Shown here: one piece after another, positions 12,700-24,062 of the stretch | Layout: each line of letters begins with the position of its first letter | Position numbering within the stretch: position 1 is the first letter of the stretch | Assembly (NCBI RefSeq): GCF_029212575.1 | Contig: NZ_JARGPK010000035.1 | Span: forward strand, 7,089-71,088 | Source: Antarcticimicrobium sp. | GTDB lineage: Bacteria > Pseudomonadota > Alphaproteobacteria > Rhodobacterales > Rhodobacteraceae | Reading direction: 5' to 3' | Length of the DNA: 64,000 bases | Made by a program: the position numbers and the translations under genes | The notes under the pieces: generated by a model | Told to the model about the DNA's origin: nothing | Databases searched by the model: none | The model's input: the letters and a program-made list of their open reading frames with translations, nothing else

Positions 12700-13440
12700 A
12701 TGAAACGCACGCTTCTGATCGCGGCGTTGACCGCCGGGCTGGCGCAGGCCGCCTTCGCCCAGGATATCTCCGGCAAGCTTGCGCTCTGTACCTTTCAGCC
12801 GAACGCCGACGCCCAGCAGACCGTCGATGCCTTTAAGGCAAATACCCCGGTGTCGAGGTCGAGTGGTTCCGCGACGGCACCACCAAGGTGATGGCCAAGC
12901 TGCGCGCCGAGTTCGAGGCGAACAGCCCGCCGCCCGGCGTCCTTCTGATCGCTGACATGGTCACCATGGAAAGGCTCGAGGCCGAGGGCCGCCTGACGCC
13001 CTATACCGACATCGACCTGTCCGCCTACGACCCGGCGAGCATGGATAACGAGGGGCATTACTTCTCGACCGAAATGGTCACCACCGGCATCGTCTACAAC
13101 ACCGCCACCGAGATGATCCCGACCTCCTAAACCGATCTGCTCAAGCCCGAAGCCAAGGGCAGGATCGCCATGCGCTCGCCGCTGACCAGCGGTGCGGCGA
13201 CCATCCACATGGCGGCGCTGACCGCCAATGCCGATCTCGGCTGGGATCTTTACAAGGGTCTGGGCGAACAGGGCGCCAACCCCAAGGGCGGCAATGGCGG
13301 CACCTACAAGGCCGTCGCCGGTGGCGAAAAGCTCTATGGTTTCGTCGTCGACTTCCTGCCGATCCGCAACAAGATGCAGGGCGCACAGGTGAAGTTCGTG
13401 ATCCCGAAAGAGGGCGTTTCGGCCATGACCGAACCTGCGG
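12700..13440 (+). pseudogene. Decayed Fe(III)-type ABC substrate-binding protein gene (frameshift, in-frame stop, 3' truncation)
   Basis: A signal peptide ORF (12700) shifts frame near 12840: gcaaatacccc reads YPGVEVEWFRDGTTKVMAKL only in the next frame. There is an in-frame TAA at 13128-13130, and the reading frame dissolves near 13440. Confidence 0.75.
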
Positions 13441-13995
13441 CGATCCGGTCGGCCAGCGCCATCGCCTCGCGGTGGTCATGGATGATATAGAGCGTGGTCA
13501 CCCGGACTCGCTGTGAATCCGGGCGATCTCGGCCTCCATCCGGCCGCGCAGATGCGGGTCGAGATTGGCCAGCGGTTCGTCCATCAGCACGGCCCGCGCG
13601 CGCCCCCGCAGCGCCACGCGCTGACGCTGCCCGCCCGAGAGCACCGCCGGATGCCGGTCGGCAAAGGCGGTCAGATCCACCGCCCGGAGGTTCCGGTCGG
13701 CGATGCCGCGCGCCTCGGCGGTGCCGGCCCCCCTGGTCTCGGCCGGAAAGAGGACGTTGCCGCGCAGGTTCATATGCGGCCAGAGCGCGCAGGACTGGAA
13801 CACGAAGCCGACGTTGCGATCCTCGGGCGCGACATGCAGGCCGGGGGCCGAAACCCGCGCCCCTTCGAGGCGGATTTCATCGGCGTCGAAGCTTTTAGTC
13901 ACGCCCGAAAGATCGACAGATATCTGGTCCACACCCTTTTCCGCGAGGTCTGGCCGCAGCCGGTCGCGCTGACAACGGGCGGGTGCCGCTGTCAC
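13441..13995 (-). pseudogene. Decayed ABC ATP-binding protein gene remnant (no Walker A, frameshift)
   Basis: LSGGQRQRVAL and MDEPLANLD are retained, but Walker A is missing. The tail VTTLYIIHDHREAMALADRI is in a different frame after the stop at 13498. It abuts the binding-protein remnant tail-to-tail. Confidence 0.7.
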
Positions 13996-14022
13996 GAAAT
14001 CTTCGCAGAACGACCCGCCGCC

Positions 14023-15687
14023 TCAGGCGGGAAGCGGCGCGGGCAATGCCACGCTGGGCGCGGGGCGGTCGACCTGGGCAATGCGTGGCACCGCCGCAAG
14101 CAACCGGCGGGTATAAGGATGCTCCGGCGCGGCGAGAACCGCGTTGGTCGGGCCGGTCTCGACGATCTTGCCCCGGTACATCACCGCGATGCGATGGCTG
14201 ACCCGCTCGACCACGGCGATGTCATGGCTGATGAACAGGAAGGATACCCCGTCGCGCCGCTGGATCTCGGCCATCAGATCGGTGATCCGCCGGGCATTCG
14301 ACACGTCCAGCGCCGAGACCGCCTCGTCGGCGACGATGATCCGCGGTCCGACCGACAGCGCGCGGGCAATACAGATACGCTGGCGCTGGCCGCCGGAAAA
14401 CTGGTGCGGATAGCGCTCCGCCGCCTCGGCGGGCAGCCCTACGCGGGTAAGCAGGTCGGCGGCCATGTCGGCGCGCCCGCGCGCATTGACCGCGCCGTGC
14501 AGGAACGCCGGCTCGGTCACCACATCGCGGATCGTCATGCGCGGATTGAGCGAGGCATAGGGATCCTGGAACACCATCTGCATCCGCGCGCGCATCGGTT
14601 TCAGCCGCGCCTGGCTGACCCCGGTGATCGCCTCGCCGTCAAGCGTCACCTCGCCCGACGCCGGCTCCACCAGCCGCATGATCGACCGGGCCAGGGTGGA
14701 TTTCCCGCAGCCGGACTCGCCCACCAGCCCCAGCGTCTCGCCCCGCCCGAGGGTCAGGGAAACGCCGCGCACCGCCGGGACCGGCTTGCTGCGCGAAAAG
14801 AGGCCGCCCGCCCCGTAGGACGTGACAAGGTCCGACACCCTGAGCACGGCAGGCGCCTCTGCCAGCGGCTCCGGCGCGCCGGATCCCAGCCGTGGCGTGG
14901 CCTCCATCAGTTCCCGCGTGTAGCCGTGGCGCGGCGCGGCGAAGATGTCGCCGGTGCGGCCCTCCTCGACCTTGCATCCGTTCTTCATCACCACCACGCG
15001 GTCTGCGATTTTCCCCACGACGCCGAGATCGTGGGTGATGAACAGCACCGCCATCCCCATCTCGGCTTGCAGACGGCGCAGCAGGGACAGGATTTCCGCC
15101 TGCGTGGTCACATCCAGCGCGGTGGTCGGCTCGTCCGCGATCAACACGTCGGGTTCGCAGATCAGCGCCATGGCGATCATCACCCGCTGGCGCAGCCCGC
15201 CCGAGAGTTCATGCGGATATTGGTCGAGGCGCCGCTCCGGCTCGGGGATGGTCACCCGTTCCAGCGCCGCGCGCGCGGTCTTCCGCGCCGCCGCGCCGGT
15301 CAGCCCGCGATGCAGGCGCAGGGTTTCCTCGATCTGCCGCCCGATCCGCATCACCGGGTTGAGCGAGGTCATCGGCTCCTGGAACACCATGGCGATCCGC
15401 TCGCCGCGCAGCGCGCGCAGCTCGGCCGGTGGCAGCGTGGTCACCTCGACGGGGTCGCGCGCGCCCAGGCGGATGGAACCGCCCAGGATACGGCCGCCCT
15501 CGCGATCGATCAGGCGCAGGATGGAAAGCGCGGTCGCCGATTTCCCCGACCCGCTTTCCCCGACCAGCGCCAGGGTCTCGCCGCGATGGATGTCAAACGA
15601 CAGATCCCGCACCGCCAGCGTGCTGCCAAACGCGACGCGCAGCGATTTCACCGACAGGATCGGCGGGTTCGGGGCCGTCATCGTCAT
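14023..15687 (-). CDS. Fused double ATP-binding protein of a peptide/opine-type (DppD-DppF-like) ABC transporter
   Basis: Two ABC cassettes (GESGSGKS ... LSGGLRQRV ... and GESGCGKST ... FSGGQRQRI ...). Start trimmed to MTMTAPNPPILSV at 15687, which overlaps the upstream stop (ATGA at 15684-15687). Confidence 0.9.
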   Translation of the reverse strand: MTMTAPNPPILSVKSLRVAFGSTLAVRDLSFDIHRGETLALVGESGSGKSATALSILRLIDREGGRILGGSIRLGARDPVEVTTLPPAELRALRGERIAMVFQEPMTSLNPVMRIGRQIEETLRLHRGLTGAAARKTARAALERVTIPEPERRLDQYPHELSGGLRQRVMIAMALICEPDVLIADEPTTALDVTTQAEILSLLRRLQAEMGMAVLFITHDLGVVGKIADRVVVMKNGCKVEEGRTGDIFAAPRHGYTRELMEATPRLGSGAPEPLAEAPAVLRVSDLVTSYGAGGLFSRSKPVPAVRGVSLTLGRGETLGLVGESGCGKSTLARSIMRLVEPASGEVTLDGEAITGVSQARLKPMRARMQMVFQDPYASLNPRMTIRDVVTEPAFLHGAVNARGRADMAADLLTRVGLPAEAAERYPHQFSGGQRQRICIARALSVGPRIIVADEAVSALDVSNARRITDLMAEIQRRDGVSFLFISHDIAVVERVSHRIAVMYRGKIVETGPTNAVLAAPEHPYTRRLLAAVPRIAQVDRPAPSVALPAPLPA

Positions 15688-16529
15688 CCTTTTGCAAGCT
15701 CCGGCAGGAACGGCCTCAGCGGCGGGGTCCAGCGCATGGCCGTGGGCGTGACGCGGGCCTCGAACGGGTCGTCGCCGAACACCTGCCAGTGGATCTGCGG
15801 GCCAAGCTCGACCATGCCCCAGGCGCGGGCCGGCTCCCCGGCGGTGGTGAAGCTTTCTGTCAGGCTTTGCTGGGTCAGGTGGGGAATGCCGTCGATCGTG
15901 GTCAACGTGTTCCAGTGGACGTGCCCGGCGATACAGGCCAGCGGCACCCGCGCCTGCGCCAGCGCCTTCCGCGCCCGGTCCGCCTGCGGATAAGTCGAGA
16001 CGGTCTCGTTGCGCTGGAAGTAATAGTTGCCAAGCTGGGCGTGACCGGAGACCGGGACATGGCTGGCGACCAGCGTCGGCTTGTCGGCGTTCTGCGCCAT
16101 CCGCGACAGCCACAAAAGGTCGGCCTCGGGCAGGTTGAAACCGATCTGCGGGCCGCTGCGGTCGATCCGCGCGTCGGCACGCCAGAGGGCTAGCTGCCAG
16201 TCGCCAAGGTCGATCATCTCGTGGTCCAGCGGGGCGCCGAGGATCTCGGCGTTCTCGGCAACGCTCATATGGTCGCGGTCGTGGTTACCGCAGATATGCT
16301 GCAGCGGAGCGTCGAGCCCGGCCAGTACATCGGCTACCTCCCGTTGCAGCCGCGCGTCGGTCTCGGCGTCGGCGTCGGTGATGCGGTCGCCCAGGTCAAG
16401 CACGAGATCCGGCGCCTCGGCATTGGCCCAGGCGACGAAATCGGCAAGCAGAGCCAGCGCGGTATCGCCGCGCTTGGTATGAGAGGGGGCACCGTGGTGA
16501 ATGTCGGTGACGATGGCGATGCGGGTCAT
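15684..16529 (-). CDS. Calcineurin-like metallophosphoesterase
   Basis: Motifs IAIVTDIHHG, LGDRITD and GNHD. Start chosen at MTRIAIV (GGAG 7 nt upstream). It sits between the binding-protein and ATPase genes. Confidence 0.8.
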   Translation of the reverse strand: MTRIAIVTDIHHGAPSHTKRGDTALALLADFVAWANAEAPDLVLDLGDRITDADAETDARLQREVADVLAGLDAPLQHICGNHDRDHMSVAENAEILGAPLDHEMIDLGDWQLALWRADARIDRSGPQIGFNLPEADLLWLSRMAQNADKPTLVASHVPVSGHAQLGNYYFQRNETVSTYPQADRARKALAQARVPLACIAGHVHWNTLTTIDGIPHLTQQSLTESFTTAGEPARAWGMVELGPQIHWQVFGDDPFEARVTPTAMRWTPPLRPFLPELAKG

Positions 16530-16595
16530 TTCAGGCTCCGGAAAGGTCTTTGACAAGGGGGGACCGGGCGCAGGATGCGCCCGGACCGGGTGCGA

Positions 16596-18149
16596 TCAGC
16601 TATCGGCCAGCGAGATGCTGCCGGCGCGGAAGTCGAGCACATAGGGGATGTGACCCGGCATCGGCGCCCAGTTGACGGACTTCTTCATGCCCCAGCTTTC
16701 GAACGGGCGGTACAGCGGCAGAACCGGCGGGTCCTGCTTAATCTCGTCCATCAGCTCGGCATAGGCGGCCTTGCGGACCTCCACATCGGTCGAAAAGCGG
16801 AACCGCTCCCATTTCGCGGCATACTCCTCGTCGGTGTTGAAGCGGCCTTCGCTTTCCGAGGGGCCGCCCGGCGCCCACATCACCCCGAAGCTGCCGAACG
16901 GGTCGGCGAAATACATCGGGTTGGACCAGTTGCGCGCCATCATCTGCGGATCGCGGCCAGTCCATTTCTCCTGCACGTCGACCTTGGCGTTGATGCCCAC
17001 CGCCGACCACATCTCGGCGATGGCCTGAGCTGCCAGCAGGCCGTTGGTGTAATAGGTCGGGAACGAGGTATAGACGATCTCGCCACCGTCGTAGCCGGCC
17101 TCCTTCAACAGGTCTTTGGCCTTTTCGGGGTTGTATTCGAAGGTGGTCAGCTCGGGCATGTAGAGATCGCCAAACTCCTTCATGGTATGGGTCGAGGGCA
17201 CCACGGCCTTGCCCAGCCACAGCGCCTCGTTCAGCGTGTCGCGGTCGACGGCATAGCTCATCGCCTGGCGGATGCGCGGATCCTTCAGCGCGGGGTGGTT
17301 GGCGTTCATGATCATCGCGTGGAACAGCGCCGTGACCGAGCCTTCGGTCTTGAGGTTGGGGTCGCTGTCGATCAGCGACAGCTGGTCGGGCGCCACGTTG
17401 GTGATGATGTCGGCCTCGCCGGTCTTGAGCGCGGTGACGCGGCTCGCGGTCTCGGCGATCTGCACCACGGTGGCGCGTTGCAGCGGCGCCTTGTCGCCCC
17501 AGAAATCGTCGAAGCGCTCCCAGACGATGCGCTCGCCGGGCAGGAACTCGGCCACGCTGTAGGGGCCGGTCCCGACCGGCGCCAGCGAGAAGGCTTCGAA
17601 ATCGCTGTCCTCGGCAACCTTCGGATCGCCGGTCAGCGCCTTGGTATACTCCTCGGGGATGATCATGATCTGCTGCAGCGACACCAGCGTTTCCCACAGC
17701 GGCTCCTCCCGGCCGGCGTGGATGCGCACGGTATAATTGTCGATCTTCTCGGCCGAGGTAAAGTTGTTCAGCCGGTCCTTGGAGCGCACCACGTAGGGCG
17801 GGAAGGTGGCCTGGAACATGCGGTTCAGCGAGAACACCACATCGTCGGCGGTCATCGCCTCGCCGTTGTGAAAACTCACGCCCTCGCGCAGCTTCAGCTC
17901 CATCACGGTGGGGTCGATCAGCGTCCAAGAGGTGGCCAGCGCCGGCGTCCACTCGGGCTCCAGCTTGGAATGGTCGCGGTCGATCAGTGTGTCGAAGCTG
18001 TTGAAATAGAATTGCGACCCGACGTTCGAGTGATCGCGGCCGGGATCGAGGAAGGGCGCGACATTGCCAGCGCCGACGGTGATTTCTTGCGCGAATGCGG
18101 CGGGGGCGAGGCCCGCGGCAAGGGCGGTGGTCAGCAGCAGTCTGAACAT
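16596..18149 (-). CDS. ABC transporter substrate-binding protein, family 5 (DppA/OppA-like)
   Basis: 517 aa with signal peptide MFRLLLTTALAAGLAPAAFA. Size and sequence pattern fit family-5 solute-binding proteins. Confidence 0.85.
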   Translation of the reverse strand: MFRLLLTTALAAGLAPAAFAQEITVGAGNVAPFLDPGRDHSNVGSQFYFNSFDTLIDRDHSKLEPEWTPALATSWTLIDPTVMELKLREGVSFHNGEAMTADDVVFSLNRMFQATFPPYVVRSKDRLNNFTSAEKIDNYTVRIHAGREEPLWETLVSLQQIMIIPEEYTKALTGDPKVAEDSDFEAFSLAPVGTGPYSVAEFLPGERIVWERFDDFWGDKAPLQRATVVQIAETASRVTALKTGEADIITNVAPDQLSLIDSDPNLKTEGSVTALFHAMIMNANHPALKDPRIRQAMSYAVDRDTLNEALWLGKAVVPSTHTMKEFGDLYMPELTTFEYNPEKAKDLLKEAGYDGGEIVYTSFPTYYTNGLLAAQAIAEMWSAVGINAKVDVQEKWTGRDPQMMARNWSNPMYFADPFGSFGVMWAPGGPSESEGRFNTDEEYAAKWERFRFSTDVEVRKAAYAELMDEIKQDPPVLPLYRPFESWGMKKSVNWAPMPGHIPYVLDFRAGSISLADS

Positions 18150-18213
18150 TTCAGTCTCCGGTTCAGGGTTGCGGTACAGAATGACGGCCGTTTTGTACGG
18201 CTCTTGATCTTGG

Positions 18214-19101
18214 TTATCTCTCCTGCAGGCGAACGTCGGCGCGGTCGCGCAGCCAGTCGCCGAGGATCTGGACGGTAAAGGTCAGCGTCACGATGAGCGC
18301 GGCGGGGGCGAGCACGATCCAGGGCGCGGTCGGCATGTAGTCGCGCCCTAGCCCGACCATCGAACCAAGCGAGGGCTGCGGCGGCTGCACCCCGAGGCCG
18401 AGGAAGGACAGGGTGCTTTCGAGGATTACAATATTGCTGAGCGCCAAGGTGAACTGCACCACCAGCGGCGAGACCACGTTGGGCAACAGGTGGCGGCGCG
18501 CGATGTAGACTGTTCCGGCACCGGCGGCCCGGGCGGCCTCGATGAAGGGCTGCCCGGTCAGGCGGCGGACCTCGGCGCGGACGATCCTTGCGTATTGCTC
18601 CCAGCCCGCGACCCCCAGCACCAGGACGAGAACGGTGACATTGGAGCCCAGCACCGCCAGCACCAGCAGCGCGACGAGGGTAAAGGGAATCGCGATCTGC
18701 ATGTCGACCAGCGCCATGATCGCATCCTCGAGCCAGCTGCGACGCAGCCCCGCGATCACCCCGAGCGTTCCGCCCAGGCACAACCCGATCAGCGCACCGA
18801 CGAAGGCCAGCGTCAGCGTCAGCCGCATCCCGTAGAGCGCGCGGGACAGCACGTCGCGGCCCAGCTCGTCGGTGCCGAACAGATGGCCGGGGCCGGCGCG
18901 GTCGAACCCGGCAGGCGGGCGCAGCCGCGAAATCAGGCTCTGATCCAGCGGATCGAAAGGGGCGATCAGCGGCGTCAGGATGGCGGCGGCAGCCAGCAGC
19001 ACCGCGAGAAGCAGCGCGATCCTCTGAATGATGTCGCCCCCTGCGGCGGCGCCCGCCCGGCGGCGGCGGTGACGTGCGACGATATCGGCAAGGCCGGTCA
19101 T
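18214..19101 (-). CDS. ABC transporter permease (DppC-like)
   Basis: Start trimmed to MTGLADIV at 19101 (AGGGA upstream). Multi-TM protein whose N-terminus ...LTPLIAPFDPLDQSL is typical of DppC/OppC. Confidence 0.85.
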   Translation of the reverse strand: MTGLADIVARHRRRRAGAAAGGDIIQRIALLLAVLLAAAAILTPLIAPFDPLDQSLISRLRPPAGFDRAGPGHLFGTDELGRDVLSRALYGMRLTLTLAFVGALIGLCLGGTLGVIAGLRRSWLEDAIMALVDMQIAIPFTLVALLVLAVLGSNVTVLVLVLGVAGWEQYARIVRAEVRRLTGQPFIEAARAAGAGTVYIARRHLLPNVVSPLVVQFTLALSNIVILESTLSFLGLGVQPPQPSLGSMVGLGRDYMPTAPWIVLAPAALIVTLTFTVQILGDWLRDRADVRLQER

Positions 19102-19114
19102 GGCGGTTATCCCT

Positions 19115-20037
<923 letters not shown>

Positions 20038-20041
<4 letters not shown>

Positions 20042-20814
20042 CGCGCGGCTCTCCTTTGCAGGTGAAGAAACGGGATGTTTGCGGCGCGCGCGGCGCGGCC
20101 GTCGGTGGCGGCGTTGTCGCCGACGAACACGGCATCGGCCGGGGTCAGCCCGGTGCGGTCCAGCGCCATGTGCAGCATCAGCGGATCGGGTTTGCCCGGG
20201 CTGGTCCAGGTCAGACCCGGCCGGATCGCGCGCAGCGCCGCCAGAAGCGCACCGGTCTCGGCCACCGGGTGGCCGTCCTGGCCCGGGTGCGACAGATCCT
20301 CGTTGGCGACCCAGAACGGCAGGCCCGACTCGATCTGCGCCAGCAGCGCGGCCATGCCATCGACCGTGAGCGCCGGATCGCGGCAGAGCAGCACCGCCTG
20401 CGGATCCTGCGCATCCGGGACCATCCCCAGCGCACGCGCCCGGTCCGCCAGCGGCGCGGCGGCGAAAAGGCTGATCCGCGTGATCCCCGCGACCCGCGCC
20501 ATCCGTTCCAGCGCAACCTCGCCGGCCAGCAAAATCCGCCCGGCCGGGACGCGCAGGCCAAGGATGGCGAGCGTCGCCGAGAGGGCCTCGGCACTGGTGT
20601 CCGAGCGGTTGGACACGACCCAGAGCCGCGCCCCGCAAGCCTGCGCAAACGCGGCCGCGTCGGCAAAGGCGCGCCCCTCCGAGATCAAGCAACCATCAAG
20701 GTCGCACAGCACGAGCCCCGCCGTTTCGACATCGGCGGGGTTGAGCCATCCAATGCCTGTTTCAAGGGCACGTTGGGGGGTGACCGCGTCCAATGGGGGC
20801 TCCTTTCCGGGCAT
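20038..20814 (-). CDS. HAD-superfamily (subfamily IIA-like) phosphatase
   Basis: Motif I CDLDGC, SNRS, GKPDP and VGDNAATD. The start at 20814 is tentative, with no clear SD. Confidence 0.7.
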
Positions 20815-20940
20815 AGCCAGGCGCGGGGTGCGCCGTTCTGCCGCCGCTTCTGAGCCACCGCTGTGACGCGGCTGTAACAATCCAAAGTCATAGCTTGGGA
20901 AAGCCAAACAACGACCATGCAAACACAGGAGAAACCCGGA

Positions 20941-21837
20941 ATGGCACTATCGATTCAACGTCTGGATGCCGTGCGCAGTGTCGCGGAGGCCGGGTCCTAT
21001 GCCGGCGCCGCGCGGCTACTGGGGGTCAGTCAGCCGAACGTCTCGACGCAGATCCGCGCGCTCGAATCGCAATACGGCGTGCGCCTGTTTCACCGCGAGG
21101 CGGGCCGGCTCGCGCCGACCGCGCTGTGCCAGCAGCTTTGCGATGCGGCCGAGCGCATGTCTGAGGCCTATGGCGATGCCGAACGGCTGCTGTGCAGCCG
21201 GTCGTCGCTGGCGCGGGGCCGCATCACCATCGGGCTGGGCAACGTGATGCCGGGCATGGCGCTGGTCGCCGCCTTTCACCGGGCCTATCCCGGCGTCAAC
21301 ATCCGGGTCGAGACCGGCTCGCACGAGAAGATCACCCGCGCCGTGCTGAGCCACGCGGCCGATGTCGGCGTGCTGCCCGAGGTTCCGGGAGACACGCGGT
21401 TCCGGCGCACCCACCTGGCCTCGAACGAGGTTCTGGCCATCGCCCCGCCGGATCACCCGCTGGCGGCGCGGGAAACGGTCTCGGTCCACGATCTGCGCGA
21501 CCAGCCGCTGATTTTCCGCGCCGCGGGCTCCTCGACCCAGCGGTTCGTCGACCGGCTGTTCGCGCGACACGGCCCCGCGCCCGAGCCGTTCCTGACGCTG
21601 GATGCCCGCGACGGGCTTTACGAGGCGGTGGTCAACGGGCTGGGCCTCGGGTTCCTGTGGCGCAACGGCACCAGCCGCCGCGACGGGGTGAAACGGCTTC
21701 GGATCCAGGAGGCGGCCCCGGTGCGCACCCATGAAACCGCCTTTGCCCTGGTGGAAACGCAGGGCGATATCGTGGATGCGTTCTTCAATATGGCGGAAAG
21801 CTTTGCCGCATCCCAGGGCGCGGCCGCCCGGCCCTGA
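20941..21837 (+). CDS. LysR family transcriptional regulator
   Basis: wHTH SYAGAARLLGVSQPNVSTQIRALESQYGVRLFHR. Start at MALSIQRL (AGGAGA upstream). Divergent from the ABC/phosphoesterase operon. Confidence 0.9.
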   Translation: MALSIQRLDAVRSVAEAGSYAGAARLLGVSQPNVSTQIRALESQYGVRLFHREAGRLAPTALCQQLCDAAERMSEAYGDAERLLCSRSSLARGRITIGLGNVMPGMALVAAFHRAYPGVNIRVETGSHEKITRAVLSHAADVGVLPEVPGDTRFRRTHLASNEVLAIAPPDHPLAARETVSVHDLRDQPLIFRAAGSSTQRFVDRLFARHGPAPEPFLTLDARDGLYEAVVNGLGLGFLWRNGTSRRDGVKRLRIQEAAPVRTHETAFALVETQGDIVDAFFNMAESFAASQGAAARP

Positions 21838-21889
21838 GCGGCCAGCGGCGCGCGCGGTTTCAGATCATCGGGAATGCCGGGAAAGGAGG

Positions 21890-23788
21890 TCAGCCGACCG
21901 GGCCGTTATCCGCGCGCTTGACCGCGATCACCGCCGAGCGCGGAAGGCCCGTTCCGTCCGGCCAGCTTCCGCCCGGGTGCTGGATGCCCAGGAACATGGT
22001 CCGCCGGTCGGCCGACCAGGTCAGACCGGTCACCTCGCATCCTTTCGGCCCGGTCAGGAAACGCACGATCTCACCCGTTGCCGGATCTCCGGCCAGCATC
22101 TGGTTGTTGCCCATGCCGGCGAAATCGCCTTGGTTCGTGTCCTTGCCGTCGGTCTGAATCCAGACCATGCCGCTGCTGTCGACGGCCATGCCGTCGGGCG
22201 AGTTGAACAGGTTGCCCGCGTTGATGTTCCCCGACCCGGCGTAGGCGTCCTGGTGCACGGTCGGGTTGCCGGCCATCACGTAGAGATCCCAATCGAACCC
22301 GTTCGCGGCATGGTCGCCGCCCCTTGGCCGCCATCGGACGATCTGGCCAAAGCGGTTCGCCTCGCGCGGGTTGGGCCCGTTCACCGGGGTTTCGTCGCCA
22401 CCGGCATTCGGCTTGACACCGCGGGTCTTGTTGTTGGTCAGGCTGCAATAGACCTCGTCCGCGAAAGGGTTGATCGCGACCCATTCCGGCCTGTCCATGG
22501 TGGTGGCCCCGACCGCCGAAGCGGCCATGCGGGTGTGGATACAGATCCCGGGCAGTTCCATCCCGGTGGTCTCGGGCGTCAGCGAGAGCCATTCGCCGGT
22601 CCCGTCATCGTCGAAACGGGCGACATGCAGCGTGCCGTCGTCCAGCAGCCCGTCGGTCGATGCGCCGGGAACATAGGCCCCTCGGGAGACGAACTTGTAC
22701 AGGAATTCGCCCCTCTCGTCATCGCCCATATAGACCACCAAACGACCGTCGGCCGCCAGCGTGACCTCGGCATTCTCATGCTTGAACCGCCCCAGGCCGG
22801 TGTGCTTGATCGGCATGGCATGCGGATCGGTCGGGTCAATCTCGACAACCCAGCCAAACCGGTTCGGCTCGTTCGGATTGCTGGAGACATCGAACCGCGG
22901 GTCCCATTTGTAATAGTGATATCCCCAGTCCCGCGGGCCGATGCCGTAGCGGGCCTGCTCCGGCGTCGAACCTGCGGCGACCTCATCCGGTGCGGTCATG
23001 CCGAAGTAGCTGTTGAAGTTCTCTTCGCAGGTCAGATAGGTGCCCCAGGGCGTCCTGCCCGAACCACAGTTGCTCATCGTGCCGAGAACCAGCGTTCCGG
23101 TCGGGTCGGCTTCGGTCCGCAGCAGCGGATGGCCGGCAGCCGGTCCCGCGATCCGGATCGGCGTGTTGTGGTGGATGCGGCGGTTGAACGGGCTGTCCTT
23201 GACCACGCTCCAGCCTGTCCGCCCCTCGGAGATTTCCATGACGGTGACACCCTGCAGGTTCTGCAGCTTGCGCACGTCCTGCGCATCGGCAGCAGTCCCG
23301 CCCTGCCCCGCGGGCAGGTTGACCCTGCGACTGGCGTATTCGTGGTTGATCGCGATCAGCTGGCGGCCCCGGAAGCTGAAGGTTTCCATGCCGTCCGTGT
23401 TTTCGCCGAAGACACGGTCAGATTTGGAAAGCGGGCCGCCATCGGTGATGTCATAGGGGTCGGCGTCGGAAAACAGCGGATCCCCCCAGCGGGCGACCAC
23501 ATGCCAACGATACCCGGCGGGCACATGCACGGTGGCATCGGTCTGCGCCGGGATCGGGACGAACGCAAAGCGCGAGGCGGCAGACTGCGCCAGTGCCGGG
23601 GTGGCATCGAGCAGGCCGGCCCCCATCGCGGCCGCGCCGGAGCCGAAGGCAAGAACGCCGCTCAGAAACCCGCGCCGCGAAATCGCCCGTTCCACCACAT
23701 GGTCGAAATCGTTTTCCTCGGGGCGGGGGAAATGCAGCTCGTCCCATTCGTCTGCAGATACGTCGGTCATGTCGAAATCGCTCATCAT
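21890..23788 (-). CDS. phoX: PhoX-family (DUF839) alkaline phosphatase with Tat signal
   Basis: 632 aa with twin-arginine signal SRRGFLSGVLAFGSGAAAMGAGLLDATPALA. The beta-propeller-type body (GENTDGME, INHEY, NCGSGRTPWGTYLTCEEN) is characteristic of PhoX. Confidence 0.85.
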   Translation of the reverse strand: MMSDFDMTDVSADEWDELHFPRPEENDFDHVVERAISRRGFLSGVLAFGSGAAAMGAGLLDATPALAQSAASRFAFVPIPAQTDATVHVPAGYRWHVVARWGDPLFSDADPYDITDGGPLSKSDRVFGENTDGMETFSFRGRQLIAINHEYASRRVNLPAGQGGTAADAQDVRKLQNLQGVTVMEISEGRTGWSVVKDSPFNRRIHHNTPIRIAGPAAGHPLLRTEADPTGTLVLGTMSNCGSGRTPWGTYLTCEENFNSYFGMTAPDEVAAGSTPEQARYGIGPRDWGYHYYKWDPRFDVSSNPNEPNRFGWVVEIDPTDPHAMPIKHTGLGRFKHENAEVTLAADGRLVVYMGDDERGEFLYKFVSRGAYVPGASTDGLLDDGTLHVARFDDDGTGEWLSLTPETTGMELPGICIHTRMAASAVGATTMDRPEWVAINPFADEVYCSLTNNKTRGVKPNAGGDETPVNGPNPREANRFGQIVRWRPRGGDHAANGFDWDLYVMAGNPTVHQDAYAGSGNINAGNLFNSPDGMAVDSSGMVWIQTDGKDTNQGDFAGMGNNQMLAGDPATGEIVRFLTGPKGCEVTGLTWSADRRTMFLGIQHPGGSWPDGTGLPRSAVIAVKRADNGPVG

Positions 23789-23992
23789 GTGCCCCCTGAC
23801 GTCAAATCGCTTCGGCCCGGTCCTGCGTCAGGCCTGGATGATACCTAATCACGGAGCTCAATTCTGTCATGACGTGCGACGCGGGAATATGACCACGGCC
23901 CCCGCATTCGCCCCGCGACAAGCCTTCGACGGCATGGACAGATCCCGGTTTCCTGTCGTTTTTCCTTGATTCACATGGAAAAATCAAAAGGG

Positions 23993-24007
23993 TTAATTTT
24001 GCTTTAA
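23993..24007. promoter_or_regulatory. Perfect CtrA box TTAA-TTTTGCT-TTAA upstream of flaF
   Basis: Read directly. It lies 56-70 nt upstream of the flaF ATG (24063) in an AT-rich gap. Confidence 0.6.
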
Positions 24008-24062
24008 CCGGATTTCGGTACGGTGACACCCGAGGCAGAAAAAAATATTCGGAAGAAACTGA

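Noticed and set aside
23864-23880. CTGTCAT-GACG-TGCGAC, a possible Pho box upstream of phoX
   Set aside because: Only the first half-site matches the PhoB consensus and the second is poor. The orientation is inverted relative to phoX. This is too weak to call.
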